Shown: positions 1 to 11,379 of the stretch, in pieces
How the letters are laid out: each line of letters opens with the position of its first letter
How positions within the stretch are numbered: the stretch's first letter is position 1
Made by a program: the position numbers and the translations under genes
Notes under the pieces: model-generated
Databases searched by the model: none
What the model saw: only the letters and a program-made list of their open reading frames with translations
Told to the model about the DNA's origin: nothing
NCBI RefSeq assembly: GCF_006345805.1
Contig: NW_021832501.1
Span: forward strand, 1-40,589
DNA: 40,589 nucleotides
Source of the DNA: Octopus sinensis
Lineage: Eukaryota
Direction of reading: 5' to 3'

Positions 1-1397
1 TGTCGTATCAAACCATAAAAAGAACCATTGTATGAAACAGAGTCTGAGAACAAGGAAGGATTATAATATATAAACAGGCAATAGACTTTTATCACAGGGA
101 GAAAGGAAAGAATAAGCAAATAGCATTAAATCTGAAGACGAGACAGTTCTAATTAAAGTTTCGTATTCAAAACGCTCGAGCATACTCGGATGTGGGAAGA
201 CCTTCCGCTGCGGAAGTAATCGCGGGAGAAAAGTTTCCTCCTATATATCATGCGTGAAAATACATTGCGCAGTTAATTATGATTTCTTTCGCATATAATA
301 TTACTAATAGTTTTATGAATTCTGTCTTTGCTTTTTTTTTACTTTTGTGATTCATTAATACTCAACCCTTAATCTTATTGTATTGTTTATGTAAGTATTA
401 AAAATGTTTATCTCTTGTTCAATGTTTAACCTGACAGCTTAATAAGATAGCATTAGAATAATAAATATATTCATAAATCTAAGCTGTTATGGTTGAGTAA
501 GAAAAGAAATGGCTTCTTAATTTCATTAAAATTTCATCAAGAAGAGGATTATAATCATCAGCTTACTTAAGACTGAACTGGCGCGTCTTGGCGGCCTCAT
601 TAAATGAATTGTTCTTATCTTGTGTTTTTCTTTCAATCTATCATTAAGGTTTATTGCTTGTTTATTTAGTAATTTATATTTCATTTTTAGATTACTTTTA
701 ACTGGTTTTCACCTTCACTAGATACTTCTTCGGCTGTAGGATCCTAGTTTTCCTCTTTCTTTCTGTGGTTCTTTCTATGATCTCGTGTGAATTTTCTCAT
801 CCTACCTACCATATAAGGTTAAATTTCATTCCACGAATGTATTTCGCTTGTAACTGACTGATGGACATGGAACCTACGTAAAAAAAAGTTACAAGGTAAC
901 CACTTAAAACGTACGTATTAAATACGTTCGAAATATCAGTAATCGGATTTGTGAATACTTTCATAATATTGTAATCATTTCATCACAGTCTACCGTATCC
1001 CTGCAAGGATAATACAATGAAATGGCAATATAAGTATAAGAGTGGAATATTGATTTGGAAAAGAAAAGAATACTGCGGCGAATACTTCCACACACACACA
1101 CACACACCCACACAAACACACCACAACACACAACACACACACACATATATATTATATATCTATATATATATATATATATATAGATATATATATTTATATA
1201 TATTATATGTCCGTACCTTCGAACGCGGATAGACGAAATAGGGTCAAATGAAGAAGGGGAATATTCCTTATGTTGTATATCTTGTACTCTGCTCTTTCGT
1301 GTTTGAAAAAAATGTTCGTTTCCATGTTTGTATATATATATACATTATATATATATTATATATATTATATATATAATAATATATATATATATTATAC

Positions 1398-1440
<43 letters not shown>

Positions 1441-1515
1441 TATATTTATATTATATATATAGATATATACATATATTTATTTTATATATATATATATATA
1501 ATATCTATATATATA

Positions 1516-1547
<32 letters not shown>

Positions 1548-1900
1548 TTTTTATATATATATATTATATATATATATTATACATACATATATACATACAT
1601 GTACACACAACACATATTTACGCTTGTATATATATATAATATATATATTATATCTATATTATATATAACATATAAGAAATACCGAATTTCTAAATCTCTC
1701 GTAGAGACATGTACGGTGGTGGGGGCGAGATGAGAATGGTTGTATAGTCAATCTAACACGAACGTGACAGTAGGGGGGTACACCACCGCTGTATAGCCCT
1801 AGGAAGCATCGAACGCCTCCTGATGGCTTTGACACATTTTCCCTGTGTCCTTATATACATTTACGAAGGGGAGACAAACACCCCCGCCGCCGAAGCTGCT

Positions 1901-1945
1901 ACTAGGGACACGTGTTTCAGGATCATGGTCCTTCATCGGCCTAGA
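1901..1945 (-). ncRNA. Minimal hammerhead ribozyme, inverted copy
   Basis: Reverse complement of the same motif, with one substitution in loop II and the outermost stem I pair broken. Confidence 0.72.
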
Positions 1946-1999
1946 TATATACAATTGCAAAGTCGAGACAAATATCACCAGCTGACCGGTGTCTGCTAC

Positions 2000-2044
2000 T
2001 CTAGGCCGATGAAGGACAATGATCCTGAAACACGTGTCCCTAGA
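2000..2044 (+). ncRNA. Minimal type I hammerhead ribozyme (variant core CCGAUGA)
   Basis: TCTAGG-CCGATGA-AGGA caatga TCCT-GAAA-C acgt G-TC-CCTAGA: 6-bp stem I, 4-bp stem II, short stem III with palindromic ACGT loop, GUC cleavage triplet (cut after 2038). Confidence 0.8.
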
Positions 2045-2366
2045 TGCAGCTTCGGCGGCCGGGGGTATTTGTCTCCCCTTCGTAAATGTATATAAGGACA
2101 CAGGGAAAAATATGTCAAAGCCATCAGAAGGCGTTCTATGCTTCCTAGGGCTATACAGCGGTGGTGTGCCCCCCTCTACTGTCACGTTCGTGTTAGATTG
2201 ACAGTATACAACCATTCTATCGCCCCACCACCGTACATGTCTCAACGAGAGATTTAGAAATTCAGTATTTCTTATTTTGATAATCAGTGAATAGACTTCA
2301 CTGAATTATAGATATATACAATTGCGAAGTCGAGACAAATATCACCAGCTGACCGCTGTCTGCTAC

Positions 2367-2411
2367 TCTAGGCCGATGAAGGACAATGATCCTGAAACAC
2401 GTGTCCCTAGA
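2367..2411 (+). ncRNA. Minimal type I hammerhead ribozyme, second tandem copy
   Basis: Same sequence as 2000-2044; predicted cut after 2405. Confidence 0.8.
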
Positions 2412-2679
2412 TGGAGCTTCGGCGGCCGGGGGTGTTTGTCTCCCCTTCGTAAATGTATATAAGGACACAGGGAAAAATGTGTCAAAGCCATCAGGAGGGC
2501 GTTCGATGCTTCCTAGGGCTATACAGCGGTGGTGTACCCCCCTACTGTCACGTTCGTGTTAGATTGACAGTATACAACCATTCTTATATATATTATATAT
2601 ATATAGATATATATATATAATGCGTGTTTGTAAAACTATACATATGGTAATGTAATATAACATAATAGACATGTAGACA

Positions 2680-2721
<42 letters not shown>

Positions 2722-3260
2722 CCCATCATCTCCAATGCTCTGCTAATTAACTTTAGCCGGGACTTTCAACAAATTCGCGATTTTTCGTTCTGCAGTAAGT
2801 TGATGTTTTTTCTCTTTTCTTTTTAATGTTTGCTCAACATGAATACCTTTCCTTGTTTACGAATCACCCATAAATTGCATTAACATGTCCTTCTGTTCGC
2901 TAATGCCATAAATTATGGCAGAACATCTTCTATATTCCGGTTTTCACGTCATTTCAAGCCTTAAATGATCTTAATCACTGAGTGTCATGTTAGCGATACA
3001 AACTTTCATTTGACATCGTTTTCAAATTGGTTACTCTAATAAAACATTGGATAATATGTTCACTAATGGATTAAGTTTATATTATGTTGGTGCGAAATAC
3101 TTCAGTGATGGCCACTGTTATTTTAAATTTGAATACGAACAAAAGTGAGCGGACATTGAGGTCGATGCTTAGGAAAAACTAAGTTTAATGACGTGTTATG
3201 AATGGTGCCGGCCAGTCGGATCTACAGCTCTGATAAATAACGGTTTACTGGAAACTTACT

Positions 3261-3476
3261 GTATGTATGTATGTATGTATGTATGTATGTATGTATGTAT
3301 GTATGTATGTATGTATGTATGTATGTATGTATGATGGTATGTATGTATGTACGTACGCACGTATATATGTATTAATTTATGTGTATATATATATGTATAT
3401 ATTTATATATAAATTTATAGTTATACACAAATGTATTTATGTATCTCTCTCTCTCTCTCTTACATTATATATATAG

Positions 3477-3516
<40 letters not shown>
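3261..3516. repeat. (TATG)n / (TA)n / (CT)n compound microsatellite
   Basis: Seen directly; explains ORF 3267-3476. Confidence 0.95.
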
Positions 3517-3518
<2 letters not shown>

Positions 3519-3779
3519 TGTGCGTATAAATATACGTTTTTTTTATCCATAAGTCATCGCTCCTTTCTTCCTCTCTCTCCCCTTTTTCTGTAAACTTCCA
3601 TGCATAGCGTACCCTTTTCCTCTTACTTCCGCTCTGATACATCACATCCTTTTTCTCCATCAATCGTCATGCGACTTCAAAGTTCTCTTGTCTTTCCTGC
3701 AATTCCTTTTCGCTTGTTTTGCACAAACATCCAACATTTCAGCTCACAAGAAGTTTATCTCCCGAGTTGTATCGTTTTG

Positions 3780-4100
3780 TCTTATATTATTTGGATCTTG
3801 AAATAATGTATTTTTTGTTCTTTCTTGTTCTTCCCAAGCTGCTAAGGCAATGCCGCATTGGTTTTTGTCTCCGTCCGTCCCTTCCGCTCTCACTTATCTC
3901 CAGTTTTCCTGTTATGTGTGCCTCGTATTTGCTGCTTATGTCTATCACACAGCTAAATATTTAATAATATTTCTTCCCATCTTCTTTGTCCCGTCGTTAT
4001 CGGACTTCTCCCTATTCAGGGTTTCCGGCACAATTAGTCAGGTACAGCTGTCTTCAACAATATTCTTAAAATGCTCAAAAATACCAAAAGTGTGTTAGCA
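3780..4100 (-). mobile_element. Possible decayed RTE-clade LINE 3' end
   Basis: Minus strand near 3925-3865 reads ITGKLEISESGRDGRRQK, resembling the RTE C-terminal GKIEGKRGRGRQ motif; many stops. Confidence 0.3.
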
Positions 4101-4215
4101 TGAATCACTAAGCACTTTATCAGCCGTTCAACGGCTATATGAAAAACATATTATAAATTAAATGTCTTTTACATTTTAACTACATGTATTAAGACAAGAG
4201 ACAAGGCCAGCAATT

Positions 4216-4579
4216 CCTTATCTACTCTAGGCATAAGGCCCGAAATTTTGGGGGAGGGGCCACTTGATTCGATCGACCCCAGTACGCAACTGGTACTTAA
4301 CTGTCAAAGTCGACCTCGGCGGAATTTGAACTCAGAACGTAGACAGACGAAATACCTATTTCTATTTCTTTACTACCCACAAGGAGCTAAACACAGAGGA
4401 GACAAAGAAGGACAGACAGACGGATTAAGTCGATTATATCGACCCCCGTGCGTAACTGGTACTTAATTTATCGACCCCGAAAGGATGAAAGGCAGAGTCG
4501 AACTCAGAACGTAACGGCAGACGAAATATGGCTACGCATTTTGCCCGGCGTGCTAACGTTTCTGCCAGCTCGCCGCCTC
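4216..4579 (-). mobile_element. SINE family B (tRNA-like head, Deu/Nin-like core), dimeric form
   Basis: Head GGCGGCGAGCTGGCAGAA, core CCTTTCATCCTTTCGGGGTCGATAAA. Flanked by a 15-bp direct repeat ACAA(G/C)GCCAGCAATT at 4201-4215 and 4580-4594. Confidence 0.88.
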
Positions 4580-4594
4580 ACAACGCCAGCAATT

Positions 4595-4730
4595 TCGTGA
4601 GAGAAATATGTCGACTATCTCGACCTCAGTGCCAAACTGGTACTCATTTTAACGACAATAAAAGGATGAGTGACAAAATTGACCTCGGCGGAATTTGAAC
4701 TTAGAACATAAAGACAGACAACATGCTACT
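4595..4730 (-). mobile_element. Older diverged SINE family B fragment
   Basis: GACCTCGGCGGAATTTGAAC and a degenerate core matching the other family B copies. Confidence 0.7.
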
Positions 4731-4964
4731 TATTAAAAATAAGATGCAGCACGGAATTTTGTCCGTGAAGAGGTCGCGGTTTCAAAGCGACGAAAATATT
4801 TCGACATATTAAATTTAAAGGTTGAAGTGAATCTAGCGGTTTTTGTGTGTTTTTAAATGGCTTATAAACACCTTCCACGCTGCAATTGTTTTAGTTTCAG
4901 CATACCATCTCAAATCAGGTCATTTACTATGCAAATACATTTCCTTCCGTAATAAAAATATATT

Positions 4965-5360
4965 AGGCGTAGGAATGGCAGTGTGGTAAGTAGCCTGCTT
5001 ACGAACCACATAGTTCCGGGGTCATTCCCACTGCATGGCACCTTGGGCAAGTGTCTTTTACTGTAGCCTCGAGCCGACCAAAGACTTGTGAGTGGATTTG
5101 GTAGACGGGAACGGAAAGAAATATGTATGTGTGTGTGTGTATGTTTGTGTGTCTGTGTTTGTCCCCCCAATATCGCTTGACAACCGATGCTGGTGTGTTT
5201 ACATCCTCGTAACTTAGCGGCAAAAAAGACCGATAGAATAAGCACTAGGCTTACAAAGAATAAGTCCTAGGGTTGATATGCTCGACTAAAGGCGGTGCTC
5301 CAGCATGGCCACAGTCACATGACTGAAACAAGTAAAAGAGTAAAAGCGTAAAAGGGTAAA
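4965..5360 (+). mobile_element. SINE family A, full length
   Basis: tRNA-like head with A/B-box-like motifs (TGGCAGTGTGGT; GGTCATTCC), internal (TG)n, 3' tail GGCGGTGCTCCAGCATGGCCACAGTCACATGACTGAAAC and (GTAAAAGA)n-like end. More than 10 related copies in this window. Confidence 0.9.
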
Positions 5361-5593
5361 AATTAGATACTCATCAGGTCGAATATACCTTAATTATGTG
5401 AAGGTTACATTGTCGAGTTATCTTGGAATTCCTCAACGAGAATTTAACCTTCATATAATGAAGTTATCTTCAGCCAGGTAAATAACCAGCTGAGTACCCT
5501 TCACTGAGTAATTATTACATCAGAGAATGTAGTAGACGCATGAAGCCTGATTTTTACCTGCTCCACTTCCGCAGTTTGGAGTTTTATTAATAA

Positions 5594-5986
5594 TTAGCCG
5601 TATCGCCCGGCGTTGCTCGGATTTGTTTCACCCCTTTAGAATTGGAATTTTTGAAAAGTAAAAATTTTGCATTATGTAGCTTGTTATTCTCTTTAAGCGA
5701 ACATTTTTCTGGTTGAAATACACCGAAACATGGCGACACAGCAGTCAAAAAATCGTAAAAAATAGGGATTTTCATAGAAAAAAAGCACCTTTTTGATGTA
5801 AATAATTTTTGGCCTTAACATGGTCTGATTTGAATTATTTCTTCAACGGAAGGAAGAGCAATCTTTTCTTTTATCATACTCTCAATTTTGGTCAACTTGC
5901 ACCGCAGGGTCTCGGAGAAGATAGTGTTAGTTGAAAGCTACCAAACCTGCCACACACAGACAACTTCAGCTTAATATATAGAGAGA
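5594..5986 (-). mobile_element. Non-autonomous Helitron-like element
   Basis: Minus strand starts A|TCTCTCTATATATTAAG and ends with a GC-rich hairpin CCGAGCAACGCCGG followed about 10 nt later by CTAA|T (CTRR end, inserted between A and T, no TSD). Confidence 0.75.
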
Positions 5987-6469
5987 TTAGAGGTGTTTTA
6001 CCTTTTAACCATTAGCGCATTACATGTATCAATACATATAAAGAGACTTTAAATGTTTACAAGGCAATGAATTTCTAATTATTTTGTTGTTGCTAAAATA
6101 TTCAATGTGAAAGAAAACTCCCTTTTCCATGCAACCATATGAAAATTAGCAAAAACGATAAAAACAAAAGAAAGAAAACATCAATGAAAAGTGTCCATTT
6201 TGGTTGTTATGGAAGAGAAATTGCAAATAATGAACGCTCCATCTGCATAACTTAATCGATAAGATTGCTGTTCTTGTCGGGAACAAACCAACGTCGCCGA
6301 CTGGTTTAGTTGACCTTTATCAATCGCATCAACAGAAGCTCTGAAAAGGAGAACTCGAATAAAAGCCGTATTATTTCTTGAAAAGAAAAAAAAAGGGGGG
6401 TTTAGTGGGGCACATGTGGTTAACCAAAAGGATATCATCCCACCCCATCATCGGTTTGCTTCGTAAAGC

Positions 6470-6590
6470 ATCGTGGAGCTTTTAGGTGTTTTCGCTCAAT
6501 AAACACATACAACGCCCGGTCTGGGAACCAAAACCGCGATCCTCCGACCGCGAGTCCGCTGCCCTAACCACTGGGCCATTGCGCCTCCAC
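6470..6590 (-). mobile_element. SINE family C, 5' tRNA-derived part
   Basis: Minus strand GTGGAGGCGCAATGGCCCAGTGGTTAGGGCAGCGGACTCGCGGTCGG; matches the head of 16250-16553. Confidence 0.8.
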
Positions 6591-6816
6591 GGTTGTCAAA
6601 CGATGTTGGCGGGGACACAAACACACACACATACACACACACACACACTTCCACTCACAAGGCTTTGGTCGGCCCGAGGCTATAGTAGAAGACAAGAACA
6701 GCAATCTTATCGATTAAGTTATGCAGATGGAGCGTTCAAGGTGCCACGCAGTGGGACTGAGCCCGGAACCATGTGGTTGGTAAGCAAGCTACTTACCACA
6801 CAGCCACTCTGCGCCT
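6591..6816 (-). mobile_element. SINE family A, partial, carrying a templated insertion
   Basis: Matches the family A head and body; foreign 48-bp segment at 6691-6738. Confidence 0.85.
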
Positions 6817-6889
6817 ATGTATATATATTCGTATGTGTATATATAATGGAATCTCCCCTCAATGACGACGCCGAATGAGATTTCAATTA

Positions 6890-7379
6890 ATAGCAGTGGT
6901 AACTGTTACTAGGATAAGGATGCTGGTTCTTGGTGTACTGATCATCTTGGTGATGCTGTCGATAGTTTGGCACTGAACGGAACTTGGTGCTGGCAGTGAA
7001 TGCAGGGGGATACATCGCCTTACCGTTGATTTTTTTGGGGATGGCACCGATTCAAAGAGTAGTTTGTTGGTGAAGATGTTCGTGTGCTGGTAATGACTAT
7101 TGTTGAGTCAAGACTGAAATGGTGTCGGTGTTGTCTGTGAGAGTAATTCTGTGTCGCGGTGGATGTAGTTATGATTGGTGGCGGCGGCGGAGGTGGAGGT
7201 GGTGGTGGTTGTTTTGATGATACTATTAAGCGGTGAGTGGGGTGACGGAGCGGTGGCGGTGCTGCTGCTGCTGCTGCTGTTGGTTGTAATTAGTGTATCA
7301 AAGGAGCTACAGATGACCTTAATGGGGATGAACTGGTAGTGTAGTAGTTTAGTTGATGTTTTCTTTTAACGATATTTAA

Positions 7380-7413
<34 letters not shown>

Positions 7414-7640
7414 GGTGGTGGTGGTGGTGGTGGTGGTGTTGACGACGATGACGATGATGAGGATTATGATGACGACGACGACGACGACGGTGATGATAAT
7501 GTTGATGACGACGGTGATGATAATGTTGATGATAGTGGTGGTGGTGGTGATGAAGATGATGAGGATTATGACGACGACGACGACGGTGATGATAATGTTG
7601 ATGACGACGGTGATGATAATGTTGATGATAGTGGTGGTAG

Positions 7641-7674
<34 letters not shown>

Positions 7675-8005
7675 AATTATGATGACCACGATGATGATGC
7701 TGATGATACTGGTGGAGGTAGTGATGATGATGGTGATGAGGATGGGAATGGTAGCTATTATTATTTTTTTTTTTTTCAACGGACGAGGTAATTTTCGAAT
7801 CTATTTCCAGAAACATCCATTGATCTCAAGAGCCGCTTCTTCATCTTATCCTAGATCCTTCCTGCTTCACTTGAGATGATTTTTAATCTTGTTGTTGTCG
7901 TTATTATTATTATAATTGTTGTTGCTTTTGTTTTTGTTGTTGTTGGTGTTGGTGGTGGTGTTGGTGGTAGTGGTGGTGATGGTTGTTGTTGTTATCATTA
8001 TTATT
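6890..8005. repeat. Trinucleotide low-complexity tract (GAT/GGT/GAC/GTT)n with internal higher-order duplication
   Basis: Seen directly; explains the poly-M/V, poly-H and poly-I/T ORFs in several frames. Confidence 0.9.
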
Positions 8006-8405
8006 GCAGAATTTTTTTTGTTATGTGTTGTATGCATGTTTGCTATATATATATATTTATATATATTTTTTGTTTTTATATTTTCCTTTAATATATTTTA
8101 GCTGTGTGCAATTATCTTGCCTCTTTGGCGAGTCTTCAACTCGTTCAAAGTCTGAGTCGTACAATCCAATCTTGAAATACACACACACACACACACACAC
8201 ACACAAAGTGTACTGAGGTGTGGATCGGTAAGGTGGGATTGGCAGTGTGCGTGTGTGCATGTGTGTGTGTGTGTGTTTGTGTGTGGGTGTAAGAGATGAA
8301 AAAAAGGAAGGCAGATGATGGTTAGAATGGGAAAGAGAAAGAGAACCAAAATTTAGAGAGGAATAAGAGGGCACGAACAGAGAATGACATAATTACTACA
8401 AGAAT

Positions 8406-8436
<31 letters not shown>

Positions 8437-8738
8437 GGGGTAGAGTCAGAGGGAAAGGGAGGAAGAGGGAGCGATGAGAGTGAAGGGTAAGGTTCACATA
8501 AAAAATAGGGGAAAGAGGTAGATAGAAAATGAAAGAGAAAGAGAGATGTAGAAGAATTAGCGGATAATTATAGATATTATAATCTGTACTACCACATAAT
8601 GCCTTTCATATCCCATCTATCTATTTATCTATTTATCAGTCTGTTTATCTATCAATCATTCTGATATATATATATATATCCGTTTACATTTGGATTATAA
8701 AAACAGTATAATGCTTGAACTTATAAATATGATATATG

Positions 8739-8782
<44 letters not shown>

Positions 8783-8910
8783 CATATATAATATATATAT
8801 TGCATAGATTATTAGATAAATATACAAAAATATAATTGTATATTATATATATATAACATTTGTATACATATTATGTACATATGCATATATATATATATAT
8901 ATATATATCC

Positions 8911-8961
<51 letters not shown>

Positions 8962-8993
8962 TATATATAATAATATATATATATATATATATA

Positions 8994-10882
8994 CATTCGA
9001 CAGCTATCGCACTGCTTGAATCCAAAAAATATAACCTCCAACAATGCATGAAGACCCTCATCAATACCAAAGATCAGCTGAGGAGAAGTGGGCCATTGAA
9101 AAAATCAAAACCTCCAAAGTGTTCTTTTCATTTGCGAGGAAACGCAGGGTCACTGTCTCCATTGTTGGCCCTCTAATTGATGAACTGGCACTCTCCAAGA
9201 TAACGCCAAATCCATGGCCGAGATACTGCAGAAACAATACTGGTCTGTTTTCAGCAATCCTGATATGGCCGATCTGGGCTGTATCAGTGATGTCAACCCC
9301 CAACACACTATATCGGACATAACGTTTAGTGCCCCTGATGTCTTAGCGGCGATAAACGAAATAAAACACAATTCAGCAGTAGGCCCTGATAGGTTCCCTG
9401 CTTGTGTCCTGAAGGTGTGTCGACACCAACTTGCATCTCCCCTTGCTAATCTGTGGAGAAACTCACTGGATGCTGGCTATATTCCAAAAAACCTTCTGTC
9501 CCAGTCTGTTGTCCCAGTTTTCAAAAAGGGAAACAAGTCTCTTGCAGTGAATTACCGTCCGATCTCACTCACCTCTCATATCATCAAGGTATTTGAGAGG
9601 GTGGTGAGATCTCGAATAACCCAATTTCTGGAAAGCAACAGACGGCTGATCTCCAACCAACATGGGTTCCGTATGGAAGGGACTGCCTAACGCAGCTCCT
9701 GCATCACTTTGAGGACATTTTGAGAGCTTTGGGAGAGGGCTCCAACACCGATGTCATCTACCTTGATTTCAGTAAGGCCTTCGACAGGGTCCATCACAAG
9801 ATCCTATTGAAAAAACTATCCAACATTGGTGTCTCTGAAAGTTACTGAAATGGATCAAGTGTTTCCTGACAGACAGATCTCAACATGTTGTAGTTGAAGG
9901 GGTAAAATCAAGCCCAGCCAAAGTCAGTAGTGGCGTTCCGCAAGGCACTGTGCTGGGCCCACTTCTTTTCATCATTTACATTAATGACATTAATGACATC
10001 ATCAAGCACAGCAACATAAAAATCTTTGCAGATGACTCCAAGCTACAGAAGGTCATAAATGAGGCGAGTGACCGGACATGCCTTCAGTCAGATCTACTGG
10101 CTGTTATCCAATGGGCAGAAAAAAACAATATGCTGCTGAACGAGGATAAATTTGAGTTAATCCACTTTGGAAAAGAGGATGCCCTGAAACTCCCATACTC
10201 CCTTCCTTCAGGTGAAACTCTCGCGGCGTCCAACAACATCAGAGACTTGGGAGTAATTGTGGACAACCAAAGTTGACATGGCCCGCAGAATGTGTTCCTG
10301 GATTCTCAGAACTTTCCAGTCGAGAGATATCCACACTATTATCCTTCTCTTCTCCACTTTTGCCCGACCCCACCTTGAATACTGTTGTCCACTGTGGTCT
10401 CCCCACACAATACAAGGTATCATAAAAGTTGAAGCACCTCAAAGGGCAATCACAAAAAAGATAGATGGCATGACAGGCCTCGACTATTGGGGTCGACTAG
10501 AAAAGCTAAAACTCATTTCTCTCCAACATCGTCGTGAGCGCTACATCATCTGCATGATGTGGAAAATATTCCATCAGCATTGCCCAATGATGTTGGCATC
10601 ACCTTTAAGGTACATCCAAGGCTTGGGCCCCGTGCCATCCGCCCAAAACAAAAATCGCACTCTCATCTCATAACAACAATACGGCACAATTATTTCACCT
10701 CAATTGGCCCCGCTCTCTTTAACATTACACCAAAACACATTAAAACAGAAACTGACCCTATAGGGTTCAAGAAGTCTTTGGACAGATTCCTTCAAGAAAT
10801 CCCGGATAAACCCCCTACACCCGGATATGTCTCTGTAAACAATAACTCTCTACTTGAGTGGGCCATAGTGCCCAAATTCTGA
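8994..10882 (+). pseudogene. Frameshifted LINE ORF2 reverse transcriptase
   Basis: Motifs GPDRFP, VVPVFKKG, NYRPISLTS, QHGFR, DVIYLDFSKAFDRV, SGVPQGTVLGPLLFIIYINDI, FADDSKL, IRDLGVIVD, RPHLEYCCPLWSP. Frame breaks near 9190, 9675, 9840, 10268 and 10590. Confidence 0.92.
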
Positions 10883-10972
10883 CTTGAAAGACTTCACCAG
10901 GTGGTGCTATTAAGTTAGACATGGCCTGGGCCAATAATGGCCGAAACCTATCAAAGTATCAAAGTATCAAAG
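8994..10972 (+). mobile_element. 5'-truncated CR1-group (CR1/L2-like) LINE with 3' UTR and (TATCAAAG)3 tail
   Basis: Reverse transcriptase motifs across frameshifted ORFs, 3' stem-loop GGCCA ataa TGGCC at 10929-10942, 8-bp terminal repeats 10949-10972, (TA)n on both flanks. Confidence 0.92.
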
Positions 10973-10996
10973 TATATATATATATATATATATGTA

Positions 10997-11278
10997 ACGG
11001 CTACGTAAACACTAACACCAATTGTCAAGCAGTGATGCGGGACAAATACACACACACACACACACACACGCACACACACACACACATGCATATATGTAAC
11101 ACACAAACACATATACGGCGAGCTTCTTTCAGTTTCCGTGTACCAAATTCACTCAAAAGACTAGACGGTCTAAGGTTATAGTAGAAGACGCTTGCCCAAG
11201 GTGCCATGGAATGGGACTGAACCCGGAACCATGTGGTTGGGTAACAAACTTCTTACCGCACAGTCACGCCTGCGCCTA
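10997..11278 (-). mobile_element. SINE family A, 5' two-thirds
   Basis: Reverse complement of the family A head ending CCTGCGCCT at about 11278. Confidence 0.85.
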
Positions 11279-11379
11279 ATGAAATTCCTTTGAAATGGTA
11301 ACACTATTCTGTCTTTGTGGGAACTGCTATTAAATTCGTTATCGCCATGCTTTTTTTCAGATAAATTCAAAGAATTACA

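Larger units (their letters stand above)
1672..2584 (+). mobile_element. Penelope-like pseudo-LTR / retrozyme-like array: inverted copy plus about 1.75 tandem 367-bp units
   Basis: 1672-1945 is the reverse complement of 2000-2275. The unit starting TAGATATATACAATTGC at 1942 recurs at 2309 (period 367) and is truncated at 2584. Flanked by (TA)n on both sides. Each copy has a hammerhead motif. Confidence 0.8.

Noticed and set aside
132-180. CTGAAGA followed by a CGAGAC/GTTTCG stem as a hammerhead
   Set aside because: No GAAA after stem II and no stem I.
426-496. 16-17-bp inverted repeat as a pre-miRNA
   Set aside because: Stem short, loop about 38 nt, and no miRNA I recognise.
1799-2245. Overlapping ORFs of 148, 90 and 60 aa with mirrored peptides
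   Set aside because: By-product of the GC-richer inverted repeat; indels between copies break the frames.
7366-7879. His-rich, Met/Val-rich and Ile/Thr-rich proteins
   Set aside because: Open in several frames on both strands because of trinucleotide repeats; no splice or domain evidence.
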